A model generated the notes under the pieces. That model saw only the letters and a list, made by a program, of their open reading frames with translations. It was not told the origin of the DNA and made no database searches. Shown piece by piece: positions 49,601 through 61,959 of a stretch of DNA of 64,000 nucleotides (positions within the stretch are counted from its first letter, which is position 1; every line of letters begins with the position of its first letter). The translations under genes and the position numbers were made by a program. The stretch comes from Octopus sinensis (Eukaryota): NCBI RefSeq assembly GCF_006345805.1, contig NC_042999.1:171740001-171804000 (forward strand), written 5' to 3'.

Positions 49601-51232
49601 ACCTGGAAGCCGACCTGCTAGCAGTCTGTTTCGGACCCGTTTTCAGAGATTGGTTCGCTGCAATGCACAGCGGCACTTTTGCAGTATACAAAGTAAACAG
49701 CCACCTATCGGAGCCGTTTGGCATTGTACGCTCGGTCCGACAGGGTTGCCCATCAAATGGCATCGTCGGATGCTGGATCGACAGACCAGTTAAAGTACTT
49801 GATATCTGGTTTGGTCCCGACCTCCAGGTTGATAAGAACTGGGACGAAGTGGTGAACAGGTTGGCCAGTCTTACCCAGAAATGAGCTGTTAGAAAGCTGT
49901 CCCTGAAAGGTCGGACAGAGGTGGCGAATGCTTTCTTTGCCTCCCTTATCACTTATCGCCTGACCGTAGTGCTTGTGCAAGTTAGTGCTTGACCAGGTTG
50001 GAGTGTCTCTTACTTAAATTCTTGTGGAAAGGACGCGTTCCAATGGTCAGGCGATCATCATCCTCTGAGTGGTTGACTAGATATGCCTTGGCTCCTAATG
50101 CGCAGACACGCGCGTAGATTACGCCACCTGCAGCGATTTCTGGACGGTGAGCGTGTGTTGGGCTCCGTTTTTGAGGCTCATCTTTCCACATTTTGTCACC
50201 TTTTCGGAGCTGCAGTCCTGGATGAAGAAAACACCGAGACTGGGCGCCTGGCACCTAAATATCGTCAGGTGCTCATGACCCTCTACCAATCGGGCAATGG
50301 AATCAGTGGATGTTCCATGTTAGAAATTTATAGAGAATTAGTGGCGTGGAAGTGCGACGACCTTCTTGGGGAGTCTCTAGGAGCCAATGAGAATGAGCTG
50401 GCTAGTCTGCCCCGGGGGACTTTCGGGAACTATCATGGATAATTTCCAAATGTCCTTGACCAGGCAGAGCTACTGAAGGGCGCTACCGATTCGAGATAAG
50501 CTCTACAGGCACGGATGTGCTGTCAGGCGGGCTTGTCCAAGATGTGCGCAGAGTGACGAAACCGTTCTGCCCGCCCTCGTCCAGTGCCCGGGCATTGTTG
50601 ACTTGTGGGGTTATGTGGAACATCTGCCGTCAGGTGCGGGACGGATACGTCTGTCGGTTGAGTCTGTAGTGAGGATCGTCCCGCCGCTCTCTTCCAATTG
50701 GGCAGGCAAGACTGTTCTCCTTTGCCTGGTGGTTGTGATGAAAGAAGTTTTTTGGTGTACAAGGCTGAAAGGCATGAGGACATATACATTCCTCTTTGGT
50801 AGAGCTCTCATTGACTTCTTCAAGTTTCACTTGAAAAGGAAATTGAGAGTGGAGACAGAAGTGCTGTCCACGAGGAAATTTATTGAAAGGTGGGTGTAAT
50901 TTGCGAAAATGGCAAAAGTGGGTGGTACACGTGTAGACTTGTGAGTTGGTGAGAAGGAATTGGAGAGGGCACTTGCTCATGGGGTTTCAGGGAAATCTCG
51001 GACATTTAGGTTCCTCAATTTTCTCTTGAGGCATTCCTGTATCAGGAGGGCCATATCTCTATCATCCCCCGCCACTTTTTTTTTACCTTTGCTTGGTATG
51101 CACATATCTCTTTTTTCCGGTGTATATCGTGTATACCATTTTCTTTTTATTATTTCATTATATGTAAATGCCACCACTTTATCTCAGTCTCTACATTGTC
51201 TCCCTCATTCTTTGCTCGTGGCAAATAAATGA
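46640..51232 (+). mobile_element. Near full-length degraded L1/Tx1-clade LINE (gag-like ORF1; APE-RT ORF2 with RT core deleted)
   Basis: ORF1 knuckle RCYTCGSNVHLKVGYP (47640); ORF2 YRVGCVNVRGL, VGDWNGILDA, YTDHRF, GSGYWQLN, RSVRQGCP joined to DRPVKVLDIWFG, RKLSLKGRTEV, C-terminal CPRCAQSDETVLPALVQC; AATAAA at 51224. Confidence 0.9.
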
Positions 51233-51233
51233 A

Positions 51234-51291
<58 letters not shown>

Positions 51292-51292
<1 letters not shown>

Positions 51293-54200
51293 TTTTTTTT
51301 CTTCTTTCAAATTTGCTTCCATTTCTTGCCGAGTGTCTTCCCGACTCCTAGGGTAAAGAAACTCATAGTATACATTGGTAAGCCATTAAACCAAACTCAG
51401 TAGTTTGTTTATTTTTTTTTTTAAAGTTAAATTAAAATACATGAGCAGCAACAGTTCTCACATCGACAATGCTCTTCTCAATACGTGTGATGTACCAGTT
51501 AAGACAATCTTTTGCACTTCTTGCAGGGATGGTAAGCCAGGGATCATTCTCATATAATTTTCGGTTCCCTTCTTGATCATTCCTAGTGCTCCTACGATCA
51601 CTGGTATTGTAACCGCCTTGAGATGCCACATTTTCTCAATTTCAATGAGTAGGTCTTTATATTTTCTGAGCTTGTCAAACTCTTTCGCTAAGATATTATG
51701 ATCACAGGGGATACTCATGTCGATCAATAAGCAAACTTTATTGTTTTGGTCTTTCACAACAATATCTGGTTTATTGGCCTTGATGGTTCGGTCTGTATGT
51801 ACTGGAAAGTCCACAGAAATGGTTTACATTTTCTCCTTCAGTTACAGCCTCAGGGTGGTGATTATACCACTTGTCGGCAGTTTTGATATTGTAATGCCGA
51901 CTTATTAGCCAGTGGAGATATTGCCAACTCTGTCATGTCTTAATTTATACTCCACTGGTGCTAAGACTTTACATCCAGAGAGTAGGTGGTCCACTGTTTC
52001 AATCATGTCGTTGCAGAATCGGCATTTTGGGTCTGCTCCATTTTCATCACATTGGCCTGGTAGTTCCGGGTAAATAGGCTTTGATCTTGAGCAGCCAGGA
52101 TGAAACCTTCGCTCTCTGCTTTTAGCCCTGAGCTCCGTAGCCACTGATGGGTTTGCTTCTGGTCAACATCAGCTTGTTTGCTGCGGGTCACATATTTGCT
52201 GTGCAGAGGTTTCTCCTCCCACCTATCAGCCAATTGCTCGTGCGCTTTCTTCATTGCCATCATTTTCACCTTCTTTGCAACAATAGTTGCCGTACTTCCC
52301 TCGGGTTGTTCAGTTGGGGTATCCTGCACGAGATCAATAGCAATTTTTTTTGCTTTCCTTTATGATAGAATGAAGCTCCTTCGTCTCTTGTGATTTTCCA
52401 CGAGCTTTAGCATCCAGTCATTCGATATTTCGAGATATTTGGCCAGTCCAATTGTGGTTGTTTTGTAAGCTAGTTCAAATTGGATCAGGCCTCGACCTCC
52501 TTGGGGCTCTGGGAAGGTAAGGCGATCTACGTCTGCCTTTGGGTGGTGCATCCTATTACAACTCAGCAGCTTGCGTATTTTCCTATCTATATTCTTTACT
52601 TCACTCATATTCCAGTTCAACACATTGCAGCTATAAGTAACAACTGGAACTGCTAAGGAATTTATAGCTAACACCTTGTTACGTGCATTTAGTTCAGATT
52701 TCAGTTTCAGACTGCACGAACTCTCCTATACATTTCCTTCCTGATTTTCTCTTTCATGCTTGCATGCTGAATACCAGAGCCTTCATTTATCCCTAAATAT
52801 TTGTATGTTTGTTCTTGCTCAAGCTCTCTTATGACTGTGTCAACATCTAACACGACTGAATTTGTGGTCTTCACTTCCCTTTCTGGAAAGTGGCCTTGGC
52901 ACACTTCTCAAGTCCGAACTCCATCCCGATGACATCGCTGAATGCTTTCACAGGTGCGCAATAGGCCTTCAAGTTCATTATTGTCTTTACCATAAAGTTT
53001 TAAGTCATCCATATAAATAGATGGCTTATTTTTTTATTGGCAATTTAATACCCATACCCTGTTCTGTTTACTTCACTTGTAAGGGGTATTAGGGCTATGC
53101 AGAATATTAAAGGTGAAAGTGAGTCACCTTGAAAAATTCCACAGTTGATGTTTATATTTTCTGAGGCAAGTACTCCATTAGAGTGGTATAATTGGAGATT
53201 CGTATTCCACAACGACATATTGGGCTTCAGGAAGTTTGAAATCACAGGGGAAGTTTTGAAGATGTCCAGCGATCTCAAGATCCATGGATGCGGTATACTG
53301 TCGAAGGCCTTTTTATAGTCAATCCATGCGGTGCTGAGATTTCTGCGCTTGCTGTGACAGTTCTCAAGGGTCATACGATTGATTAGCAGTTGATCTTTGC
53401 ACCCTTGATCTTTGCAGTTGATCGGCGGCACCCTTTTTGTTCAATGGGGAAAATATCGTTCTTCTCCATGAATGCATATGTTTTCTCCGCCAGGATAGAT
53501 GTTAGGATTTTATACGTGGTGGATAGACAGGTTATAGGCCGATAGTTTTTTGGAAGGTTGGTTTCGTTATTCTTTGGGAGTAGGTAAGTAATGCCACTTG
53601 CTAACCATTCAGGTGTTTTCTTTGGGTCTCTCATAATTCCATCGAGCAGCTGAACTAGCTTACCGTGTGCGTATGGGAGCGATGCGAGCCAGAAATTCGG
53701 CACCCTATCTTTACCGGGGGATTTCCAATTATGGGCCTTCGTGAGTGCCTTTCTTAGGTCTGCTATTGTGATGTCTTCCCATGCTTGTTGTTGTAAATTT
53801 TGGTAGGATCCTTCAGTTTGTATAATCCAGTCTGCATTTATGTTGTACGTCTTCTTGTCACTCCAAATCCTTTTCCAAAAGTTTTGAACTTCTTCCATGG
53901 GAGGGGGGTCTTTAACGGTTACTTTCTCCTTCCCTATTTCTCTGTAGAATTTTTTGGCATTGGATGTGAACAGCTTATTTTGCTTGTAAAACTTGTTTCT
54001 CTTCTCAAATCTTCGTATTCTTTGGGCTTTTGCTTGGACTTTTTGTTTCAGCGTTTCTTTTATTGATATCAGTTCTTCTCTTGGTGAGGATCCAAATTTA
54101 CTCTTCATCTTTCTTCCTGTTCTGGATCTTACATCATTTCCACATATTAGTTCATTTAATATTGATATTTCCCCTCTCATAAATTCAATCTCTTTTTCAT

Positions 54201-55267
54201 TTTACTTCTCCAGGTTTGATTTCTTCCCAGGTTTTGTTTTCTTTGTTTTTTTCGGGGGCATACAGCTGGTTTCAATTGCCCTAGCAGAAGCGTAAATAAT
54301 TTCATTTAACTCAGTAAAATCAGGTTTTAATTTTCGTATTATTTCATTTGTTACATAGTTGCCAATTTGGATTTGTTTTTTATTTTGGTTTGTATTTGAG
54401 AGTTTATGAAGTGGTTCTCTATCATTCATACTTGTATGTCTTACAACTTCAAGCGTATTCAGGATTTTCTGCCTCATTTCTGCCATAGACTCTCTGTGTT
54501 CTTCAGCAAATGCGAGATCTTCAGTTACTGTTGTTTTTTCGTTTTCCTGACTATCTTTAACAGGTACAATAGAATTTCTTGTATCGTCAGGCCTTTGCGT
54601 ACTTTGGTCAGATGGCAGTCTTTCAATTAAGCCTCGTGGCGGGCTATACTGCTCATCTGATTCTTCATTTCCTTTGTGTCTTATATTTATGTCATTTTCC
54701 GTTGTGTGCTTGATCGCGCTTATTTCACTGTCTGTGAGTCTGTTATTTCTAAGGATATCCCTCCTCACATTTGCTAATTTGTTCTCGTCCAAATAGGGCC
54801 TACTGTCTTGATTCCGTGTTCTCCATATACTGTAAGAGTTTGCGGTGTGTCTCTCTTGAGATGGCCTACCTAATGCATAGTAATAAGCGTATATTACTTC
54901 TTTATACTCTTCTCGGGTCCATTTGTTCCGCTTACATTTTTCTTTCTGTGGTGGTTGTGGTGGTGAACTTGGAGGGCTCGAGTTGGGGGATTTCCCGTTC
55001 AAGTGACCATCCATATCCGTATTCGGAGAAGAGTTTGTGCCAGTTGATGACTTTTCGATCCCAGGCTGGCTCTTCCCTGGGGGACGCGCTTCCAGATTAA
55101 CCATAGGACAAGCGATTTGGTATACTGATTTAGTTTTCCTTTTAGTTTCCAAAAACATTTTGGTGCTACGATAATGTTATCATTTTTTAGCTTTGATTGG
55201 CTCGTGGGGAGACGGCCATCATTGCCGTTACAATTATAATCGTACCCTTATAGCAGCCGTAGTCGGC
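51292..55267 (-). mobile_element. Full-length (~4.0 kb) R4/Dong-clade non-LTR retrotransposon (subfamily B), frameshifted
   Basis: Eight consecutive ORF pieces: N-terminal KRNKWTREEYKEV, HNWKSPGKD, NYRPITCL, WIDYKKAFDSIPH, GIFQGDSLSPLIF, HLF(Y)MDD, CRFCNDMIETVDHLLSGC..RHD, NKPDIVV..LLIDMSIP; (TAA)n tail 51233-51291; TAA/TGA-type repeats upstream. Confidence 0.96.
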
Positions 55268-55717
55268 TTATTATTGTTATTATCATCACCATTACCATCA
55301 CTATCATCATTATCACCACCATTACTATCATCATTATCATCATCACCATCGCCATCACCACCATCATCATCAATGATATTGTTTTATGTGTAGTCACAGC
55401 AGTATCTTATTATTGTTATTTTTGTTTTTTATCATTATCACCATCACAGTAGTGTCTGTCTGTCTCGTTGGCTGGCTTGGTGGTTGGCTGGCTGACTGTC
55501 TTCAACACCAGAGTTCTTGCCTGCCAAATAATACTTTCTTTGTGTTGGTTGAACTCTTTGAGTGTGTGTGTGTGTAGATAGATAGATAGATTATCAGCAC
55601 TATTACTATCATTATTATCATCATCACCATCAGTGATATATTTTTTTTTTTAGGTGGGGTCCTATCGGTCAAAAAAAGTTCAGATGTTTACTACTATTAG
55701 GCTTAAGAAAAATTAAG

Positions 55718-56251
55718 GAAGGGCTGTTCTGTATTGTTTGTGAATAGAGAAGTTGTGTTCGACCAGAGAGAATCTTAGCATCATCATTTTTTTTTTCCAT
55801 GTGCGTTTGTGTTATTGCAATAAAAAGTGTTTGTATATTTTGTGTAAGGTAATATTGTGGAGGTTGAAGTTGACTTTCCTAGCAATGTTTGTATGTCCAG
55901 TTAGAAGAACAGGTGTGTTTTTACAATAAAAAGTATATGTTTACATTTATATTTGAATATTCAGGGAGGAAGCAAAGAAAAGTCAGATTTTCATAGAAAG
56001 TTTTAGGGTTTTGTAAGTCCACAAAAAGAAAAGCGTGATGTTATTAGAGAGAAGAAAAAAAAAAGGGGGATGTTTACAGAGGCAATTGTGGGTATCAAAG
56101 TTTTTAAAGCTGGTCGAATGTATGATTGAAAACTGTAGATATGTAAATTTGTAAATCTTCTTAACTTATTTTGAAGGGCTGTTCTGTATTATTTGTGAAT
56201 AGAGAAGCTGTGTTCGACCAGAGAGAATCTTAGCATCATTATTTTTTTTTT
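55718..56251. repeat. Unclassified repeat bounded by 79-bp direct repeats; related to 720-1300
   Basis: 55718-55796 and 56173-56251 differ at 3 positions. Confidence 0.8.
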
Positions 56252-56259
56252 GGTATACT

Positions 56260-56274
56260 GATTAATTATTATTA

Positions 56275-56322
<48 letters not shown>

Positions 56323-56370
56323 ATTATTATTATATCATCATCATCATCATCATTATTATTATTATTATTA

Positions 56371-56418
<48 letters not shown>

Positions 56419-56569
56419 CATCATCGTTATTAATATTATTATTATTATTATAATTATTATTATTATTCAGTATTATATTTTTTATATTGTGCTTTCACTT
56501 CACTACCAAGCGGAGCTCTGTGTGCCTTGGGCATGTGCTGTGATTTGTTGTGATGCTCTGATGGTTATT

Positions 56570-56600
<31 letters not shown>
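56260..56600 (-). mobile_element. ~100-bp R4/Dong subfamily A 3' UTR stub (56467-56570) embedded in a long (TTA)n
   Basis: GTGCTTTCACTTCACTACC..TGTGTGCCTTGGG..TGCTGTGATTTGTTGTGATGCTCTGATGGTTATTGTA, near-identical to 1355-1440. Confidence 0.92.
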
Positions 56601-56603
<3 letters not shown>

Positions 56604-56621
56604 CATTATTATTGGTCTCAT

Positions 56622-56658
<37 letters not shown>

Positions 56659-57423
56659 GCATTCTCGACTTTATAAACGCGCTTGTCTTATCAAATATGG
56701 TGGACATCTCCTACGCCTCTGAAATTCCAAGTAATATGGATCTGCATTAAGGTGTTATAAATAGATATAACTCTCATGTAATGTGTTACTTGCTATATTT
56801 CTTCATTCAGTCGGTTGGGTACATACATATGGGAAGAGCGTATATACACATGGAGTTACATATACAAACACTGTGTCTGTCTGTTTGTGTGTGATCGCGA
56901 GTGTGCATGATTGCTTGTGTGCGAATGTGTGTATGTGTGTGCACATATGTACAAATTTTCTTTTTAATTTCAATGGAAATAACACAAGTCATATCAAGGG
57001 TTGTAAATTAAAAGTTGTATATATATTTTTCTGTTAAACAGAATTAATATTTGTGTTGCATGTACACATAATTATTAAAGACAAGTACATCAAAATTATT
57101 CATCAGTTTGACCACTATAAGACATTCTTTACATACTTGGAATTTTCCAAGAGGATACAAATATCAAATATTGTAAATTATCCGCAAACCCCAATTGTGT
57201 TACAACTCTCTTCATTAATTTGCACGCCATACGAGCGATACGTTTCAAGTTACCGATTAAAAGATATATTTCCAAATTATATACTATAGATATCAAGAAT
57301 GGTAGTATCGACTCAGTATATGGAAAAAGTGGCCTACAAACCTATATAAACCATGAATTAAAATATATCCCAACTTTTTCCAGTCTTCTCCTTTGATAAA
57401 CATATCCACCCACACATATGTGA

Positions 57424-57459
<36 letters not shown>

Positions 57460-58149
57460 AATAGTCTTCCTCATAGTTTCCAACTGCTAAATTCAGTCAA
57501 GTTATTCGTCAGCTCAAATTACCGGGCAGTTGTATTGAACCTACGCTAGACGTTCCAAAGCAAGTTTCTTAACACAAACATACCTGTACATATGAATGCC
57601 TGTGGCTAGAATATTTATTTCTGTATGTTAACTATATGTAAGAAATAAAATCAAACTTCTACTCGATTCCTTAGAAGGGTTGAAGTTAAATGTGCAGCAT
57701 GTTAGTAGATAATTACAATGTTAGTAGATAAATTCTATAAATTTGAATTTCAAAATTCTTCATAAAATGTTTGTCTCGATAATACATGTCTAGAATTCAT
57801 TTTATAATTCACACATAATTTGTTTCTTCAGAAAGCTTTTTAGAAAATTGAAAGGCGTAAATATTCGATTTTTAAATTGCCAATATAATAGCATTAATAT
57901 GTTAAAGTCTTAGCTTAATGCCATTATATAACTATAACTATAAAACTATACATAGATATATGTGCATGTATACGTGAACAAGAATATATGTACATCCTTA
58001 ACATTTCTAGATTAATCACTATTATGCTGATTATTATATGAAGACATGCATCTCACACAAACAGCAATACACATCACTGGTAAAATTTATAAATATATAA
58101 AAGTATTACTTGATATATGCGAATGTAATGATGTAATCTATAGTTCGGA

Positions 58150-58660
58150 TCGCTATAATCGCATAGGATGATATTGTTGCTCAGACCATCACTAAGAATA
58201 TTCAAGTATTGTTAGAGACCAGCATATTGTTAACCAAAGTCTCGGACTATTTCTTTTTTCTTTTTGTATTCTGAAAGCCTATTCTTATTGATCGTCGCTA
58301 GAATATTCGTAGGTAATGATTTTTACAAAAGTAGTATGCTCCTGAGATGAACCGCTATATAGTGAGTTACATTACTTCATTGTATACATACGCGTGCATT
58401 CGCTGAAATATGTGCTGTTTGGAGAGATGATCTTTCATAAACATATGAAGATTTGAAATTAGTCTGTCTGCATCATAAAATTTGAAATTTCTTTCAATAA
58501 AATGATATGATATTATATTTCTAATACATTTGATAGTGATGTGATTGATTTCTCCGTCATTTCTGAACAGTTATTCCTGTTGTCGAAAACTAAGCTTAAA
58601 CTAACTGGCCGATAATCCATTGTAATCTATCGATTCACTGTAGGTGTTCGCAGTAGCGTA
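58150..58660 (-). mobile_element. Very old CR1/L2-type RT relic
   Basis: DYRPVSLSLV (cf. NYRPISLTS), FYDAD (cf. YADD), SGSSQEHT (cf. SGVPQGS); heavily mutated, and the last two motifs are out of their expected order. Confidence 0.35.
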
Positions 58661-58834
58661 TAAATATAACATTTCATTTGTCTAGGGACCAGATGTTAGT
58701 GGTGTTAATAAAATCACATTTTGTTTTATTGAATTTGGCTTACGATATATTTACATTGAATTTATTGTAGTCTTTTAATAGTTCTGTAAATTTATATGTT
58801 GTGGCATAAGAGATCTTACTATTACTTTTTGCTA

Positions 58835-59045
58835 CGAAGGCAGTGACCTGGCAGAGTCGCTAGCTTACTGGAAAAAATGCTTTGCGTCATTTATCCGTCA
58901 CTATGTTCTGAGCTCAAAATTTGCCTTTCAGCCTTTCAGAATATATAAAATAAGGACAAGTTGAACACTGGAGTCGGTGTAATCGACTTTCCTCCTCCTC
59001 CTCCTCCAAAATTGCTGACCTTGTGCCAAACATTGAAATCAGCTT
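58835..59045 (+). mobile_element. Meta-type SINE, decayed
   Basis: AAGGCAGTGACCTGGCAGAGTCGCTAGC head, GTTCTGAG, GCCTTTCA, GTAATCGACTT. Confidence 0.75.
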
Positions 59046-59253
59046 TATAGTATTTGTCATTAATGTTTCACAATTAATCGTTGATAATCAAGTATTATAA
59101 ACCTTAACCGTTATATTCTGACTTATTTCTCTACTTGCTAAACCACAACAATCTTACAATAATCGCTCGGACACTTTACGAGTATAGATATTCACTTTTC
59201 TTTTTTATCCTAAGCCTGCTATTATAGCACTGCCCGACTCATTTTTACCTTTG

Positions 59254-59299
<46 letters not shown>

Positions 59300-59889
59300 A
59301 TTTTTCTTTCTTTTAACCGCGCTCCTTTTCTCACACTTCGATCTGTAAATCTTTTTTAAAGATACCCTAGAAATGACCAAGCCATTTCATTTATGATATT
59401 CTGTACAACGATGCACAGAATTAAAACTCTTTTTATTTATCCAGCGGAAAGTTGTATAAATGTATTACATTAATCGACAAGTCGAATTATCATTTTGTCA
59501 ACTGATACGCAAAATTTGTCGTCTATACGCTTTTTTTTATTTGTATGTCTTGCAGATTCTCCTCGCATGAAATTTTCACGAATTATCTTATTTATTCTGC
59601 CAGGATGCAATATCTCTGGTCTTTACGTTATAAAATCAATTTTATGTAACTAGTATTGCATAATCATTGCAATGTTCTTTTTCCCAATTTAAATGATATA
59701 TGCCCTCATGTTATTGAAACAGTGTAATATCAACATCTCTATTATTTTGAAAATCATTTTATATTCGACTTCTCCGTTTGTGGGAAACACATGATTTTTC
59801 TGAAGCACTCTAATTTGCTACACATTCTGTTGCCAATATACGCATGAATGTAGGCTGAAATAAACGACTGTGTTCCTGGATCTCCTTCC

Positions 59890-59960
<71 letters not shown>

Positions 59961-59963
<3 letters not shown>

Positions 59964-60672
59964 AGTTGTCCGGAAAGTTCATGCCGATTTTTAAAGGAAA
60001 GAAAAAGGTCAATAGATACTTGCCATTACATTTTTAATCAACCAAATATGAACCATTTTGTTAACTTGAAAATACCCTCTTCCCAGAATTGAGGTGGTTT
60101 CATGGCAAAGAATTCATCAAGGTATCTTTTTACCATTTAGTCTATTATGCAGAGACCTGAATAAGTGGAAATCTGAAGGAGCAATATCTGGTGAATATGG
60201 ACGGTGGGGTAACACATCCCAGACGAGCAGCAGCAATTTTTGTCTGGTTCCCAAAGAAACGTGTGGTGTTGCATTATCATGTTGGAAAACGACACCCTTC
60301 TTGTTGGCCAATTCTGGACGTATCTCTTGAACTGCTGCTTTTAACTCGTCCAGTTGTGCAGTATTTCTCAGAATTAATTGTCTGGTTACTTGGGAGAAGC
60401 TCATAGTACGGAATTCCTTTCCAATCCCACCAAACACAACGCAAAACTTTTTTAGGGTGAAGACCCGCTTTTGGGGTGGCTAAGGGTGTCTCATGTCGCT
60501 TACTCCAGGATCGCTTTCTCTGAACATTTCGGTAGATAATCCATTTCACATCACCTGTCACAATTTGCTTTAAAAAAGGTGTGTTTTCATTCCGTTTATA
60601 AAGCGAATCCCAGATGGAAATGCAATCCAAAAGGTTCTTCTCACTCAACTCTAGTGGTACCCAAACATCGTA
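59961..60672 (-). mobile_element. 5'-truncated mariner transposase relic with 3' TIR inserted in (TA)n
   Basis: ORFs 60277-60699 (DVWVPLEL, IVTGDVKW, LHPKKV..VWWD) and 60117-60437 (QHDNATPH, PYSPDIAPSDFHLF), a D,D34D type; TIR TTGAGTTGTCCGGAAAGTTCATGCCG at 59961. Confidence 0.95.
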
Positions 60673-61959
60673 TACAGCCGTGCCTCTCGCTACCGACATC
60701 GCAGGAACCTCAATAGCACACTAAACTCTGAGTGGCCAGTATTGTACCAATATCATCTGCTCAGGATCTACTCGAGTGTGGCAAGCCTGTTTTAGTTATA
60801 AGACATGATTCAGCCTCTGTTGCCCACTAAATTCGTCATGAAAAATTCCAACAACTTTGTATATTTTTCTCCATTTCCCCCGAGCCCACAATTATCATCA
60901 ACTGGATGAGTTCCTCGCGATGTGACGCCTTTATTAGCCGTGAGTCAGCAGTTAACCGCTGGTAAATGAAATATATGTAAGTTTTATTCTGAAAAATTAG
61001 ATTAATTACTTAATATATTAATAATATTTCTTTTGTATTTTCATTTACTAGTTATATCCTCGCTGACACAATATATTTTCTCTGCTTAACGTTTCCGTTT
61101 ATAGATTTTAAAGCAGAAATTATATCTAATTTTGAAGTTTTATGTGATTAAATATATGGGAAAATGCATGAAAAATATTAATGCAGCTACCATATTTATT
61201 GCAATTTCTCACATCAAATGCAATTTGAAATCTGCAGTGTTGCGAAAATAGCACATTATTATGACATTACTGAAATAAAGAGGTATCATACCATATTTTA
61301 TTCGATGTTGCATTTGTTTATCTTCAAAAATTAATGTTTGTTTTATCAGAAGAAATTAACATTATAATTTAGAAACACTTATATTGTTTATGGCAATATT
61401 GCATACTTTATAAAATTAATATATATTACACAAATACTAAAAAAAATCGTACAAGAAATTGTATTCTCTATTATTTGCATACCCTATATACTCTTAATCT
61501 CTAAGTCATGGAAGCAAGTGTAGGATGTGTGAGGCTATGGTTTCCGGGTTTCTGAGATTTCTAGTAAAAGCGGGGAAATATCCATTAGTTTGGGGAAGCT
61601 CAGTCTAAATACCTTCAACGGAGGGATCCACACGAAAAGAATGAAGAATGGGATAAAATATTGGTTCGATTCCTGCTTGATATATTAGGCCATCCACACA
61701 AGAGCTCAGAACTCAAAAACTGGGACAGGGGATCATAGCGTATCATCAGCTGCTTTAACCATACATATTCTCGGGTACCTTGAAGAGGCACATATTTTGT
61801 GATCTCGAAATGCTAAGACGACTGTAACGTGAATTGAACTCAGAATACAAAGAGCTGAAGGCAACTGCTGTCTGAATCGCAACATGACTACCTGTCTGAT
61901 AAGGGTACACATGTATAACAACCATATGTGCGCGACATGGTGATCTCATATGAAGATAA

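Noticed and set aside
55190-55260. HDV-like ribozyme in the Dong 5' UTR (CGT-CTCCCC-ACG resembles P3/L3)
   Set aside because: Only a 4-bp P1 is possible, the required GG after P1 is absent, and no P2 closure was found; kept only as a generic structured UTR
55718-56251. LTR retrotransposon or solo-LTR pair
   Set aside because: No TG..CA ends, primer-binding site, polypurine tract or gag/pol remnants
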